From contig CAVVMW010000012.1 of NCBI GenBank assembly GCA_963749495.1, positions 384,001-448,000 on the forward strand: a stretch of 64,000 bases of DNA. Direction: 5' to 3'. The translations under genes were made by a program, and so were the position numbers. Below are positions 48,952 to 59,005 of this stretch, one piece after another (the first letter of the stretch is position 1; the number at the start of each line of letters is the position of its first letter). Under the pieces are notes generated by a model that saw only the letters and a list, made by a program, of their open reading frames with translations, had not been told where the DNA came from and searched no databases. Source of the DNA: an uncultured bacterium (GTDB lineage: Bacteria > Verrucomicrobiota > Verrucomicrobiia > Limisphaerales > UBA8199).

Positions 48952-50229
48952 ATGAGCAAGAACTATATCTTTTCTTCCGAGTCCGTCGGCGAGGGCCATC
49001 CCGACAAGGTCTGCGACACAATATCCGATGCGGTGCTGGACGCCTGCCTGGCGCAAGACCCCTACAGCCGCGTGGCGTGCGAGACCTACGCCAAGTGCAA
49101 CCTGGTGGTCGTGGGCGGCGAGATCACGACCAAGGCCAGGCTCGATTACAACCAGATCGCCCGCCAGGCGATCCGGGACATCGGCTACACGCACGAGGAC
49201 GACGTGTTTCACGCGGACCGGGTGCTGATTTTGAACGCGATCACCTCGCAGAGTCCCGACATCGCGCAGGGGGTGGACGCCCGGGCGGCGGAGGGCAAGA
49301 AGACGGCGGAGCAAGGGGCGGGCGACCAGGGCCTGATGTTCGGCTATGCCACCAACGAGACGCCTGAGTTGATGCCGGCGCCGATCATGTACGCCCACAC
49401 CCTGGGCCGGGAATTGACCCGGGTGCGCAAGAGCGGGGCGGTCAAATGGCTGCGGCCCGACGCCAAGAGCCAGGTCTCGGTGCAGTACATCGATGACCAG
49501 CCGGTGCGCATCACCAACATCGTGGTCTCAACCCAGCACGCCGCCGAGGTCAAGCACAAGACCATCGAGCGGTTCATCATCAACGAGATCATCAAGCAGG
49601 TCCTCCCAGCCCACCTCCTGGACAAGCACACGACCTATCTCATCAACCCCACGGGCCGGTTCGTCGTGGGCGGGCCCCAGGGCGACACGGGCCTGACCGG
49701 GCGCAAGATCATCGTGGACAGCTACGGCGGCATGGGCCGCCACGGCGGCGGGGCCTTCTCCGGCAAAGACCCCTCGAAGGTCGACCGCAGCGCCGCTTAC
49801 ATGGGCCGTTATGTGGCCAAGAACATCGTCGCCTCGGGCCTGGCCACCAGCGCCGAAATTCAGTTCGCCTATGCCATTGGCCACCCGGACCCGGTCTCGG
49901 TCTGCGTCAACACTTTCGGCACCGGCAAGATTCCGGACGAGGAAATCGAGCGGGCCGTGCGCCAGGTCTTCTGCTTCAAACCCGCCGCCATCATCAAGCA
50001 CCTCAACCTGCTCCGCCCGATTTACTCCAAGACGACCAACTACGGGCATTTCGGCAAGACCGACCCGGATATCACCTGGGAGAGGACCGACCAGACCGAG
50101 GTCCTGCGCCAAGCGGCCGGCAAGTGCGCCGCGGCAGTCGTCGCCCCGGCGACGCTCCGGAAGGCGGCGGCGCTGGTGGGCGGCGTGCCGGCCTCGCGCC
50201 GCGCGGTCCGCCCCCACCTCGGCGCTTGA
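48952..50229 (+). CDS. metK: S-adenosylmethionine synthetase
   Basis: [17 protein letters not shown] and GGGAFSGKD. Confidence 0.98.
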   Translation: MSKNYIFSSESVGEGHPDKVCDTISDAVLDACLAQDPYSRVACETYAKCNLVVVGGEITTKARLDYNQIARQAIRDIGYTHEDDVFHADRVLILNAITSQSPDIAQGVDARAAEGKKTAEQGAGDQGLMFGYATNETPELMPAPIMYAHTLGRELTRVRKSGAVKWLRPDAKSQVSVQYIDDQPVRITNIVVSTQHAAEVKHKTIERFIINEIIKQVLPAHLLDKHTTYLINPTGRFVVGGPQGDTGLTGRKIIVDSYGGMGRHGGGAFSGKDPSKVDRSAAYMGRYVAKNIVASGLATSAEIQFAYAIGHPDPVSVCVNTFGTGKIPDEEIERAVRQVFCFKPAAIIKHLNLLRPIYSKTTNYGHFGKTDPDITWERTDQTEVLRQAAGKCAAAVVAPATLRKAAALVGGVPASRRAVRPHLGA

Positions 50230-50273
50230 GCGGGGCACAACCCAACTTGGCAATCCAAACTCAAGAAACACGT

Positions 50274-51740
50274 ATGCCAACTCTAACGAAACACAATGGC
50301 AGGAAAAGGGCCATGGCCGGCCCCAAGGCCGCCACGGCGCCTGATTACAAGGTCCGGGACATCACCCTCGCTGAATGGGGCCGCAAAGAGATCTCCGTGG
50401 CGGAGCACGAGATGCCCGGGCTCATGGCCATCCGCGCCAAGTACGGCCCGCAGAAGCCCTTCCAGGGCGTCCGCATCTCCGGCTCGCTGCACATGACCAT
50501 CGAGACCGCGGTCCTGATCGAGACGCTCTGCGAGTTGGGCGCCTCGGTGCGCTGGGCCAGTTGCAATATCTTCAGCACCCAAGACCAGGCCGCCGCAGCC
50601 ATCGCCACGACCGGCGTGAGCGTCTTCGCGTTCAAAGGCGAATCGCTCGAGGAATATTGGGACTACACCCTGGCCGCGTTGACCCACCCAGGCGGCCTGG
50701 GCCCGCAACTGGTGGTCGATGACGGCGGCGACGCCACGTTGCTGCTGCACAAGGGCCATGCCATGGAGCACGGCAGCGACTGGGTGAACACGCCCGGCAG
50801 CAGCCACGAGGAAGAGGTCATCAAGCAGCTCCTGAAGCGTTGCGCCAAGCAACGCCCAGGCTGGTTCACCCAGGCCGTCCAGGACTGGAAAGGCGTGAGC
50901 GAAGAGACCACCACCGGCGTGCACCGGCTCTACCAGATGCTGGACCTGGGCCTGCTCCTGGTCCCCGCCATCAACGTCAACGACTCCGTCACCAAGTCCA
51001 AGTTCGACAACCTCTACGGTTGCCGTGAATCGCTGGCCGACGGCCTCAAGCGCGCGCTGGGTGTGATGATCGCCGGCAAAACCGCCGTCGTGTGCGGCTA
51101 CGGCGACGTCGGCAAAGGCAGCGCCCACTCGCTCCGGGGCTTCGGCGCCCGCGTCATCGTCACCGAGATCGATCCCATCAACGCCCTCCAGGCCGCTATG
51201 GAGGGCTTCCAAGTCGCCACGGTCGAGGACACCCTCGGCCAGGCCGACATCTATGTCACCTGCACCGGCAATTGCGACGTCCTCACCCTCGATCACCTTC
51301 TCCGGATGAAGGACCAGGCCATCGTCTGCAACATTGGCCATTTCGACAACGAAATCCAGGTGGACCGTCTCAACGCCGCCAAGGGCGTTTCCAAGGTGAA
51401 CATCAAACCGCAGGTCGACCGCTATGACCTGCCGGGCGACCGCAGCCTCTATCTTCTGGCCGAAGGCCGACTCGTGAACCTGGGTTGCGCCGAGGGCCAC
51501 CCCAGCTTCGTGATGTCCAACTCCTTCACCAACCAGATCCTGGCCCAACTCGACTTGTGGGCCAACCGCGACACTTACAAACCCAACGTCTATCGCCTGC
51601 CCAAGAAGCTCGACGAGGAGGTCGCGCGGCTGCACCTGGAGCGGATCGGCGTCAAGCTCACCAAGCTCACCCACAAACAGGCCGCCTACATCGGCGTGCC
51701 CCTCGACGGACCTTACAAAGCCGAGCATTATCGGTATTGA
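50274..51740 (+). CDS. ahcY: Adenosylhomocysteinase
   Basis: [28 protein letters not shown] and GYGDVGKG. Confidence 0.98.
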   Translation: MPTLTKHNGRKRAMAGPKAATAPDYKVRDITLAEWGRKEISVAEHEMPGLMAIRAKYGPQKPFQGVRISGSLHMTIETAVLIETLCELGASVRWASCNIFSTQDQAAAAIATTGVSVFAFKGESLEEYWDYTLAALTHPGGLGPQLVVDDGGDATLLLHKGHAMEHGSDWVNTPGSSHEEEVIKQLLKRCAKQRPGWFTQAVQDWKGVSEETTTGVHRLYQMLDLGLLLVPAINVNDSVTKSKFDNLYGCRESLADGLKRALGVMIAGKTAVVCGYGDVGKGSAHSLRGFGARVIVTEIDPINALQAAMEGFQVATVEDTLGQADIYVTCTGNCDVLTLDHLLRMKDQAIVCNIGHFDNEIQVDRLNAAKGVSKVNIKPQVDRYDLPGDRSLYLLAEGRLVNLGCAEGHPSFVMSNSFTNQILAQLDLWANRDTYKPNVYRLPKKLDEEVARLHLERIGVKLTKLTHKQAAYIGVPLDGPYKAEHYRY

Positions 51741-51774
51741 GCCCAAATCATCTTCTAGATCGAGTATTACTTCT

Positions 51775-51883
51775 TCTGGTCCGCGTGGCGAGGGACTTTC
51801 GGGCAGTGGCTCGACGCTACGAGAACGACATGTGGGTTTGGCTTTGGATTGGGAGCCATGCGGAGTTCGACCGTCAGTTAGGC
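51775..51883 (+). pseudogene. C-terminal fragment of a RelE/ParE-like toxin
   Basis: VRVARDFRAVA...VWLWIGSHAEFDR. Confidence 0.6.
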
Positions 51884-51893
51884 TTCGGGCCAA

Positions 51894-53085
51894 TCACGCG
51901 GACGATCGCGGTCGCCCCGGGGATCCTCCCTCAGGCATGGGTTCGACGCGTCCGCCAAGGTAATCCCCCAGAAAAAGCTCGGCGCGGGCGTTGAAATCGG
52001 TGCGGTTTTCCGGTCTGGCGAAACCGTGGCCTTCGTCGGGATAGACGACATACGCGACCTTGCCGCCATTCTTCTCGATGGCAGCCACGATTTGTTCGGA
52101 TTCAGCCTGCTTCACCCGGGGATCATTGGCTCCTTGGCCGATGAGCAAGGGGCGAACGATCTTGCCGGCGGAATTCAGGGGCGAAGCTTTCTCGATCAAT
52201 TCGGCGTCCTTCGGATCGTCCACGTTGCCCATCCGCACGTCGAACATCGAGCGCAGGGGCTTCCAGTAAGGCGGGATCGTCCCGATGAGCGTCTTGAGGT
52301 TGGAGGGGCCGACGATGTCCACGGAGCAGGCGAAGACCTCCGGCGTGAAGGTGACAGCGGCAAGGGCGCAGTATCCGCCATAGGAACCGCCCATGATCCC
52401 GATCTTCTTCGGATCGGCGATGCCTTCCCGTACCACCCAATTCACGCAGTCAATGAGGTCATCGTGCATCTTGAGTCCCCACTGCTTGTTGCCGGCGTTG
52501 AGGTGCTTCTTGCCGTAGCCGGTCGAGCCCCGGAAGTTGGGCTGCAGGACGGCGTAGCCGCGGTTGGCCAGCCATTGAGCCAGGGCATTGAAGCCCCATT
52601 CATCGCGAGCCCACGGCCCGCCGTGCGGACACAGCACCATAGGGAGATTCCTGGCCGGCACACCGGCAGGCAGGGTGAGAAAGCTGTGAATCTTCAAGCC
52701 GTCGCGGGCACGGATGACCACCGGCTTCATTTCCGCCAGGGTGAACGCTTCGAGTTTTGGGCGCGACGTGAACAGGAAGCTGGCCTGCTTGGTGTGGCGG
52801 TCCCATTTGTAGAAGCGTCCCGGGGCGCGGTCGGATTGAAAGCCGACCAGCCAGGCGTCATCGGCCTCGGTCCGGCTGGCTACGAAGAAGTCGCCGTCAT
52901 TGACCTTGGCCAGGCCGGCAAAGTCCTCCTGGACCGATGGGTCAACCACCTGCCAGGTCGTTCGGCCCGGCGAGAACGCCACCGCCTGGACCACGTGGCG
53001 CCTCGGGTGGATCAAGACGTTGCCCGCATCAACTTCGGCGCTCGCGGCGAGGACTTTTTCAGCGCCAGTGGCAATATTCCTCTCT
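51894..53085 (-). pseudogene. S9 family peptidase lacking its N-terminal part
   Basis: HGGP, GGSYGG, NDPRV and DEGHGF; homology stops abruptly near 53085 with no start. Confidence 0.85.
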
Positions 53086-53099
53086 TGACCTCTATTGGG

Positions 53100-53272
53100 G
53101 AGCCCGAGTCACCGTCAAACTCCCACCAGGCCGCATTGGCCACGGCACGGTTGCCTGCAATGACCGCCCCGACAGCCCGTTGATCCCGGATGTTTTGAGG
53201 TGGCGGCATTGGGCCCGCCCTGAGCGAGTTCGCCAAGCCGACTGTGGCACGGATGATGAGTGCCGCGCGCAT
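53100..53272 (-). pseudogene. N-terminal remnant of a secreted beta-helix-like protein
   Basis: MRAALII...AVIAGNRAVANAAWWEFDGDS resembles N-termini recalled from PVC parallel beta-helix proteins. Confidence 0.4.
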
Positions 53273-53366
53273 AGAGGTTCGAAGAATAGCGAACATTGCT
53301 CGAAGGACACCAGCCTGTTATCAGCCGGCGGAGCCTGGACCCAGCGTGAATAAGGGAAGAGACAGT

Positions 53367-53460
53367 GGCGAAATTAACCGCAAAGAACGCAGAGAACACA
53401 AAGAGCCCGGAATCAAGGCGTTTCTCTGCGATCTTTGCGTTCTTTGCGGTTAATTTTGCC
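53367..53460. repeat. Palindrome built from 9-mer units
   Basis: AAATTAACCGCAAAGAACGCAGAGA...TCTTTGCGTTCTTTGCGGTTAATTT. Confidence 0.85.
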
Positions 53461-53524
53461 ACCGGCTCTGAATAAACATGGCCCGGCTTGCACAGTTCGT
53501 TGAAGGCACCTATAGTTTGTCCGC

Positions 53525-53772
53525 ATGAGTTCACTTCAGGAAATCGAGATGGCCATAGGCAGTCTTTCGCCCGAGGACCAAGCCAGGTTGCTGCAAGACC
53601 TGCCCGCGCTCCTCCCGGGGTGGGAAGGGGAATTAGCGTGGCGGCGGATCATCCGCGACCCGGCCCCCAGTCCCGCTCTCTGAGCCTGGTGGACGCCGTG
53701 GATGCCGAGTTTCACGCGAATCCGAAGGCCTTTCCCGAAATCACCGAGACTGATTTCGAGCGTAACTCGTGA
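53525..53772 (+). CDS. Small antitoxin-like protein (frameshift near 53678) followed by a toxin stub
   Basis: MSSLQEIEMAIGSLSPEDQARL; promoter TTGCAC-N17-TATAGT; GTGA-coupled VTSRGTTGFWALYRK. Confidence 0.65.
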
Positions 53773-53815
53773 CTTCGCGCGGGACCACCGGGTTCTGGGC
53801 GCTCTATCGCAAGCA

Positions 53816-54088
53816 GGTGCAAGACAGAATTCTTCGCGGACCTCCAGATCGCAACTCTCAGCGCCGAACTGGGTCTTCGATCCTTCGTTTCCTTCGTTTC
53901 CTTCTGTTCTTTTCCTGCATGCCGTCGGCTGGGCACAGGAACAGAACAGAAGGAAACGAAGGAAACGAAGAGGCGGCCTCATGCGGCGGCATCAACCGGG
54001 TCCGTGCCAGTTCGTATCTGGATTCCTAGATACTTTTTGTGACGAAAGCCTAGCAAAACCCATTTTGTGAAGATTCTTGTCCTACGCC
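53816..54088. mobile_element. About 270-bp MITE-like element, copy 1
   Basis: Imperfect TIRs; central hairpin with (CTTCGTTTC)2 and (GAAACGAAG)2 arms; diverged inverted copy at 61691-61967. Confidence 0.8.
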
Positions 54089-54816
54089 CATCTCAGGCTG
54101 CCTGCCGAGCGGACAAACTCCAGGAGCCGGAACCAGTCTCCGCCCATGGCTTGCTCCGGGGCGGCCGAGAGATGCCAGGTTCGCCAGCCCTCGGACTGGG
54201 CGGGGCGAATGTCCTTGTCCAGGCGGTCTCCGGCGTAGAGGGCATCCGCCAGGCAAACCGAGCGAGCGGCGAGCGCATCCTTGAGCATCCTGAACGGGCC
54301 CGGGTCGGGCTTGCACAGACCGGCCTGGAATGAATAGAAGCAAAGTTGCGGGTCGAAGATGTCCATCGAAAGGCCCGCCGGGGCCAGCGCCTGGGCCAAT
54401 TCGCGGAGTGTGTAAGGCTGGCAGTTGGAGCAAAGACCTATCAGGGCTCCCCGCCGGAGCAACTCCGCCAGCACCTGGTCCGCGCCCGGCATTAACCGCA
54501 CGGCCCGCACCATCCGGGCGTGCGCATAGAGGAACTGGTCCAGGTCGGCTTCTGAAAGCAAACCGAGTGATGGAAGCGCCGCACGGGCGATGTCCGGCCA
54601 ATAGACTTCAGGAAACGCGGTGCCCGCGGCTTTGGCAGCCTCGCGTGCCAGCGCTATGGCATCCTGGCATTTCAGGTCGAATTCCGACAAAGAAAGCGCC
54701 GGGCGATTGGGCTCCAGCGCCTGGCACGAACTGAGCCAGCGTGCCTGGGCGTCCGGCGGGGCCGGACCCACTTCCAGCAGGGTGTCATAGATGTCGAAAA
54801 CAAAGGCGCGAATCAT
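54082..54816 (-). CDS. HAD family hydrolase
   Basis: FDIYDTL, CSN, KPD and GDRLDKD motifs. Confidence 0.9.
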   Translation of the reverse strand: MIRAFVFDIYDTLLEVGPAPPDAQARWLSSCQALEPNRPALSLSEFDLKCQDAIALAREAAKAAGTAFPEVYWPDIARAALPSLGLLSEADLDQFLYAHARMVRAVRLMPGADQVLAELLRRGALIGLCSNCQPYTLRELAQALAPAGLSMDIFDPQLCFYSFQAGLCKPDPGPFRMLKDALAARSVCLADALYAGDRLDKDIRPAQSEGWRTWHLSAAPEQAMGGDWFRLLEFVRSAGSLRWA

Positions 54817-54905
54817 TGCGTCTGCGCCGGGCACGGTAACGGATAGAGGTCCTCCGATCAATTGTGTTGACCTCCTGGCCGTTCTGTCGAGAATGGCGGC
54901 GTGTC

Positions 54906-56252
54906 ATGGCTGACTTCTTTCAAACCGGCGCCATCGCCACGATTCACCGCCTAGGCCCCACGGACTTGGCCCGGCTGGAGCGCGAATTGACGGAGTTTGG
55001 GCAGGAAACCCCGATAGCGCTGGTCCTGCCGTGCCACATCCGCGAGGTGGGCGCCAAGGCCCTCAAGGGGATTGTCCGGGAACTGAGGCATGTTCCTTAT
55101 CTGAGCCAGGTCGTGGTGGGCATCGATGGCGCCACGGGGCTGCGGCAGTGGCGCAAGGCCCGGCACTTTTTCGAGCAGTTGCCCCAAAGGCCCGTGCTGC
55201 TCTGGAACGACGGCCCGCGAATGCAGGGGTTGCTCCGCAAGCTCGACGAGGCCGAGCTCTGCCCCGGCCCCGGGGGCAAGGGCCGCAACGTGTGGCTGTG
55301 CCTGGGCTACGTGCTCGCCAGCGAACAGGCGCGCATGGTGGCCTTGCACGATTGCGACATCCTCACTTACGACCGCGAACTGCTGGCCCGGCTCTGTTAC
55401 CCGGTCGCGCATCCCGCCCTGGGTTTCGATTTCTGCAAGGGCTATTACGCCCGCCACACCGACCGGCTGAACGGGCGCGTCATGCGCCTTTTCATGACAC
55501 CGTTGCTGCGCGCGCTCAAGACCATCCTCGGCCTGCACCCGTTCCTGGTTTACCTGGACACCTTTCGCTATCCCCTGGCCGGCGAAGTGGCCCTGGACAC
55601 CAACCTGGTCCGGCGCGTGAGGATTCCTCACGATTGGGCCCTGGAGGTCGGCATGTTGGCCGAGGTGTTCCGCAACTCGGCCCCGCGAGCGATCTGCCAG
55701 GCCGAACTGTGCAACAACTACGATCACAAACACCAGGAGCTGTCCCCGCGCGACCCGGACAAGGGCCTCAACAAGATGGCCTGCAACATCGTCAAGTCTC
55801 TCTTCCGCCGGATGGCGGCCGAAGGCATCAAGCTTGACTCGGGTCTTTTCGATACTGTGTTGAGTGCTTACGGCCGCCAGGCCGAGGACACGCTGCGCTT
55901 TTACGCGGCGGATGCCGCCGCCAATGGGCTCAAGTATCCGCGCCACGAGGAGGAAAGCGCCGTGACCACTTTTGTTCGTTCCATTCGCGTAGCGACCGAG
56001 GCCTTCCAAAGGGACCCGCTCTGGTCGCCCTTGATCCCGAACTGGAACCGGGTCGAATCCGCGTTGCCCTCCTTCCTGGACGAACTCCGCGAGGCGGTGC
56101 GGCAGGACAACGACCTCATCGAGCAGCCAATGGTTCTGGGGCGGCGTCGCGGCACGGGTGTGCTGGCCCGGAAGGCCGCGCGCGCCCAGCCGCCCTTCCT
56201 CCTGGTGCCGCCAGTGGCAGAGCCGCGCGGCGACGAGGAGGCCTCGATCTGA
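54906..56252 (+). CDS. gpgS: Glucosyl-3-phosphoglycerate synthase-like glycosyltransferase
   Basis: MADFFQTG, GKGRNVW, HDCDI, FCKGYY, GRVMRL, YPLAGE and YDHKHQ. Confidence 0.8.
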   Translation: MADFFQTGAIATIHRLGPTDLARLERELTEFGQETPIALVLPCHIREVGAKALKGIVRELRHVPYLSQVVVGIDGATGLRQWRKARHFFEQLPQRPVLLWNDGPRMQGLLRKLDEAELCPGPGGKGRNVWLCLGYVLASEQARMVALHDCDILTYDRELLARLCYPVAHPALGFDFCKGYYARHTDRLNGRVMRLFMTPLLRALKTILGLHPFLVYLDTFRYPLAGEVALDTNLVRRVRIPHDWALEVGMLAEVFRNSAPRAICQAELCNNYDHKHQELSPRDPDKGLNKMACNIVKSLFRRMAAEGIKLDSGLFDTVLSAYGRQAEDTLRFYAADAAANGLKYPRHEEESAVTTFVRSIRVATEAFQRDPLWSPLIPNWNRVESALPSFLDELREAVRQDNDLIEQPMVLGRRRGTGVLARKAARAQPPFLLVPPVAEPRGDEEASI

Positions 56253-56460
56253 GCGCGTGTCGGAAAAACCCCGATTGCGAATCTTCGTCGTTCCGGCGAA
56301 TTCTTCGGAGGCCCTCTGAGATGGCCTGCGTGCGCAGGCGTGTCTGGTTGAACAGCGCGATGAGCCGAGAATCCTCGGGACACGTTGGCGGAACGAGTTG
56401 AAATGAGTTCGAGTTGAGACCGGCCTTGCTCGCGCGCCTGAAACCGCGTACTTTGCCGTC

Positions 56461-56736
56461 ATGGTGATCATCCGATTTCCCGATGAAGAGACCGAGACGC
56501 GAGCCTTAGGTTTTCTGGCGCGGCGATTCTCCGGCAAGACCTACGCCACCGGCGAGACGATCGTCCCTGAAGCCGCGTTGGCCCACCTTGCATTGGAAGG
56601 CATCAAATTCACAGTCGAGGGTCCTGCGACTTATGAGCGCCTCACGCCGCTACGAGATACTGCTGCCACTGCTTATCCTCATGAGCACTCAGCCCGGGGC
56701 TCAGGCCGTCAGGCCGATGCCCTGGGGCTTCGCTGA
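56461..56736 (+). CDS. Small hypothetical protein, first gene of a TA-like pair
   Basis: Own promoter TTGCTC-N17-TACTTT; overlapping stub MSASRRYEILLPL at 56633. Confidence 0.6.
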   Translation: MVIIRFPDEETETRALGFLARRFSGKTYATGETIVPEAALAHLALEGIKFTVEGPATYERLTPLRDTAATAYPHEHSARGSGRQADALGLR

Positions 56737-56788
56737 AATTGTCGAGCTAATCCTCGACAAACCTGGAGTAATTGGCTAAGTTCGGCTC

Positions 56789-57355
56789 GTGATGGCTGCG
56801 ATTCTTGAAATGCCTGAGGTGCGACAACGGGTGTCGCCTCTGTCGGTGGAGGAGTATCACTTGCTGGGGGAGTACAACGAGCGCGGCCGGCGCACCGAGT
56901 TGATTCGCGGTATTATCATCGAGAAAATGTCCAAGTCTCCTCTCCATGGCTATATTGCCTCATTGCTCTACGATCGGCTGTCGGCGCAGTTGCCCAAGGG
57001 CTTTTCGCTGTGGAAGGAAGAGCCGCTGACGTTCCGGGATTCGGAGCCGGAGCCGGACATCTCCATCACGCGCGGCGAAAGGCGGGATTACACCCACGGG
57101 CGTCCGGTTTCGGCGGAACTGGTCGTCGAGGTCGCGGTTTCCAGTCCGGCGCTCGACCGGGAGAATGCTGGCTTGTACGCTGAGGCCGGCGTCAAGGAAT
57201 ACTGGATTATCTTGGGGAGTGAGCGGCGGGTGGAAGTGTACCGCCGGCCCGAACAGGGCCGTTACCAGGAGGTGCGGGCTCGAGGCTCGGACGACTGGCT
57301 GGAATGCGCGGCCATCCCGGGCGTGCGCCTCCTTGTGGGCGAGCTTTTCGCGTAG
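56789..57355 (+). CDS. Uma2 (DUF820) family endonuclease
   Basis: ELIRG, EPEPDI, VEVAVSS and YAEAGVKEYWII. Confidence 0.9.
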   Translation: MMAAILEMPEVRQRVSPLSVEEYHLLGEYNERGRRTELIRGIIIEKMSKSPLHGYIASLLYDRLSAQLPKGFSLWKEEPLTFRDSEPEPDISITRGERRDYTHGRPVSAELVVEVAVSSPALDRENAGLYAEAGVKEYWIILGSERRVEVYRRPEQGRYQEVRARGSDDWLECAAIPGVRLLVGELFA

Positions 57356-57433
57356 CGGCAGCCTGCGCCTCTGGCTCAGGGCGATGCCAATGCCGCATCC
57401 GCCTGTTCCGGAGCGTGGTTCATCATTTCAAGC

Positions 57434-58945
57434 TCATTGCCCCCGCACACGGAAGAATCCGCTGGTCCCGGCGATGGGCAACGCGAGGCTTTGGCTGTTC
57501 GTGGTCGTCACTGTGCTCCACGAATTGGCCGGGAGCGCATCGGCGCGCTCGACCACATAAGGCGGTGTGCTGCCAGCCCAGCTCAGTTCCAGGTTCGCGC
57601 CCGCCCGTGCGGAGGCGAGCGTGATGGCCTGGCCGACGGTCAGGACGACCGCGTCATAAGCGACGGCATGCACGGCATCATCGGCGCTGAGCATGAGCGT
57701 ATAGACTCCCGGGGCGCTGAAGCTGGCCGTGGTGTTTGTCTGCCAGGCGTTGGCAAAGGTGACGGTGCCCGGGCCCGAATAGAGCCTCCATTGCACCGCC
57801 GGCGGCGCGCCGGTGTAATTCACGAACCCTTGCAAGGCCGCCGGCGCGCCCAGCGGCAGAGAGCGCTCCGGGCCGGCGCTGGCAGTCGGCGCGCCGGGCG
57901 AGCGCGGGCCTTCGTTGGGCCCCGTGGCCTGGACGACCTCGAAATTCGTGATGCCGATGCTCGACAAGTGGGTGAAGGCATTGGCCGGCCAGCGGTCGTC
58001 CGGCGTGATCGAGATGGAGAAGAAGTTGCCGTTGTCCGCCACAAGGGCGCCATATTTCTTCAACCCGAGCAGGACCGCCCTCTCCTCCTTGGCCCAGTCA
58101 GCGGGAATGACAAAGCTCGACTTGAGCCGGAATCGCTGGCCCATCGCGGGACGGTTCGCCGTGGTGTAACTGCTGGCAAAGTGCGTCGCGGGATAGAGGT
58201 AGGCGCGGCGCGACTTGGCGACCACCAGGCGGCAGGCGTGCTCGACCATGCCGCGCTGGCACTCGTCGTAGCGCACCAGCCCGGCGAACATGCACAGGCC
58301 CGCCGCGTCGGCCGAGGTCCACCCGTCCGGGCGCAACGTGTTGCTCTTCAGGTCGAACTTCGCGCCGTTGGCCGCCTGCCAATTCCCGCCCGCCAACTGC
58401 GCCTGCCACATCTCCCAGACGAACCCGTTGCCCGGCTGGGCGATAATCGCATGGCGGTCTCCGGCATCATTGTTCACGTTCTGCTGCCATTGCTCGAGCG
58501 TCAGCGCCCCGGTCTCCAACGGCCAGGTCTCTATCGGCATGTTCGATGGAATCGGGTACGGTCCCGGATCGGATTCGTCCGGATACGTCGTTAGGTTGAT
58601 CGGCACCAATGGCTGCCCGTCCGGCACCAGCACGAAATTCATCTCGAAGAACCCCCGCAACGACCGCCGGCTGGAGGCAAGGTCCGAAATGACCTGGCCG
58701 ATCATGGCGTCCGAATTGGTCAGCAGCGGCCGGCGCGAGATGTCCTCATTCCAGGCACTTGTGGCCGGGAAAATCTGCATCGCCGAGAGCAGCGCATCTG
58801 CCTGGGTCGTGTTGAACAGCACAGCGTTGGCCACCACGGGCGATTCCCCGAGGATGCGGCCCTCCTGGTTGATGCGCTCGCCACCGGAGGCCCAGGGGAG
58901 CCAGGCCAGGCCCGCTGCCGCAAAAAGCAACCCGATTCTCTTCAT
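57434..58945 (-). CDS. Secreted hypothetical protein with PKD-like domain and FFR C-terminal domain
   Basis: MKRIGLL signal peptide; GDRHAI, SADAAGL and YGALVADNG core; SGPGTVTF...PGVYTLML PKD-like region. Confidence 0.8.
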   Translation of the reverse strand: MKRIGLLFAAAGLAWLPWASGGERINQEGRILGESPVVANAVLFNTTQADALLSAMQIFPATSAWNEDISRRPLLTNSDAMIGQVISDLASSRRSLRGFFEMNFVLVPDGQPLVPINLTTYPDESDPGPYPIPSNMPIETWPLETGALTLEQWQQNVNNDAGDRHAIIAQPGNGFVWEMWQAQLAGGNWQAANGAKFDLKSNTLRPDGWTSADAAGLCMFAGLVRYDECQRGMVEHACRLVVAKSRRAYLYPATHFASSYTTANRPAMGQRFRLKSSFVIPADWAKEERAVLLGLKKYGALVADNGNFFSISITPDDRWPANAFTHLSSIGITNFEVVQATGPNEGPRSPGAPTASAGPERSLPLGAPAALQGFVNYTGAPPAVQWRLYSGPGTVTFANAWQTNTTASFSAPGVYTLMLSADDAVHAVAYDAVVLTVGQAITLASARAGANLELSWAGSTPPYVVERADALPANSWSTVTTTNSQSLALPIAGTSGFFRVRGQ

Positions 58946-59005
58946 CACAGCCATAAGCTGAGCCAGCCTGGCAGCAAGATCAAGGCCACGCTGCGCCGGA
59001 CTTGA

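Noticed and set aside
53090..53345. Possible structured RNA or 23S rRNA fragment (GTCAAACTCCCACC resembles antisense 23S)
   Set aside because: Similarity is only about a dozen bases, and a protein remnant on the minus strand explains the region better.
7200..53690. Single-base frameshifts (about 7210, 34705, 39130, 46484, 46780, 48251, 53678) as programmed frameshifting or real pseudogenes
   Set aside because: They are scattered over unrelated, otherwise intact genes with no shared slippery motif; uncorrected long-read indels are the simplest explanation.
56253..56420. Possible additional MITE after gpgS
   Set aside because: No second copy or convincing paired terminal repeat in the window.
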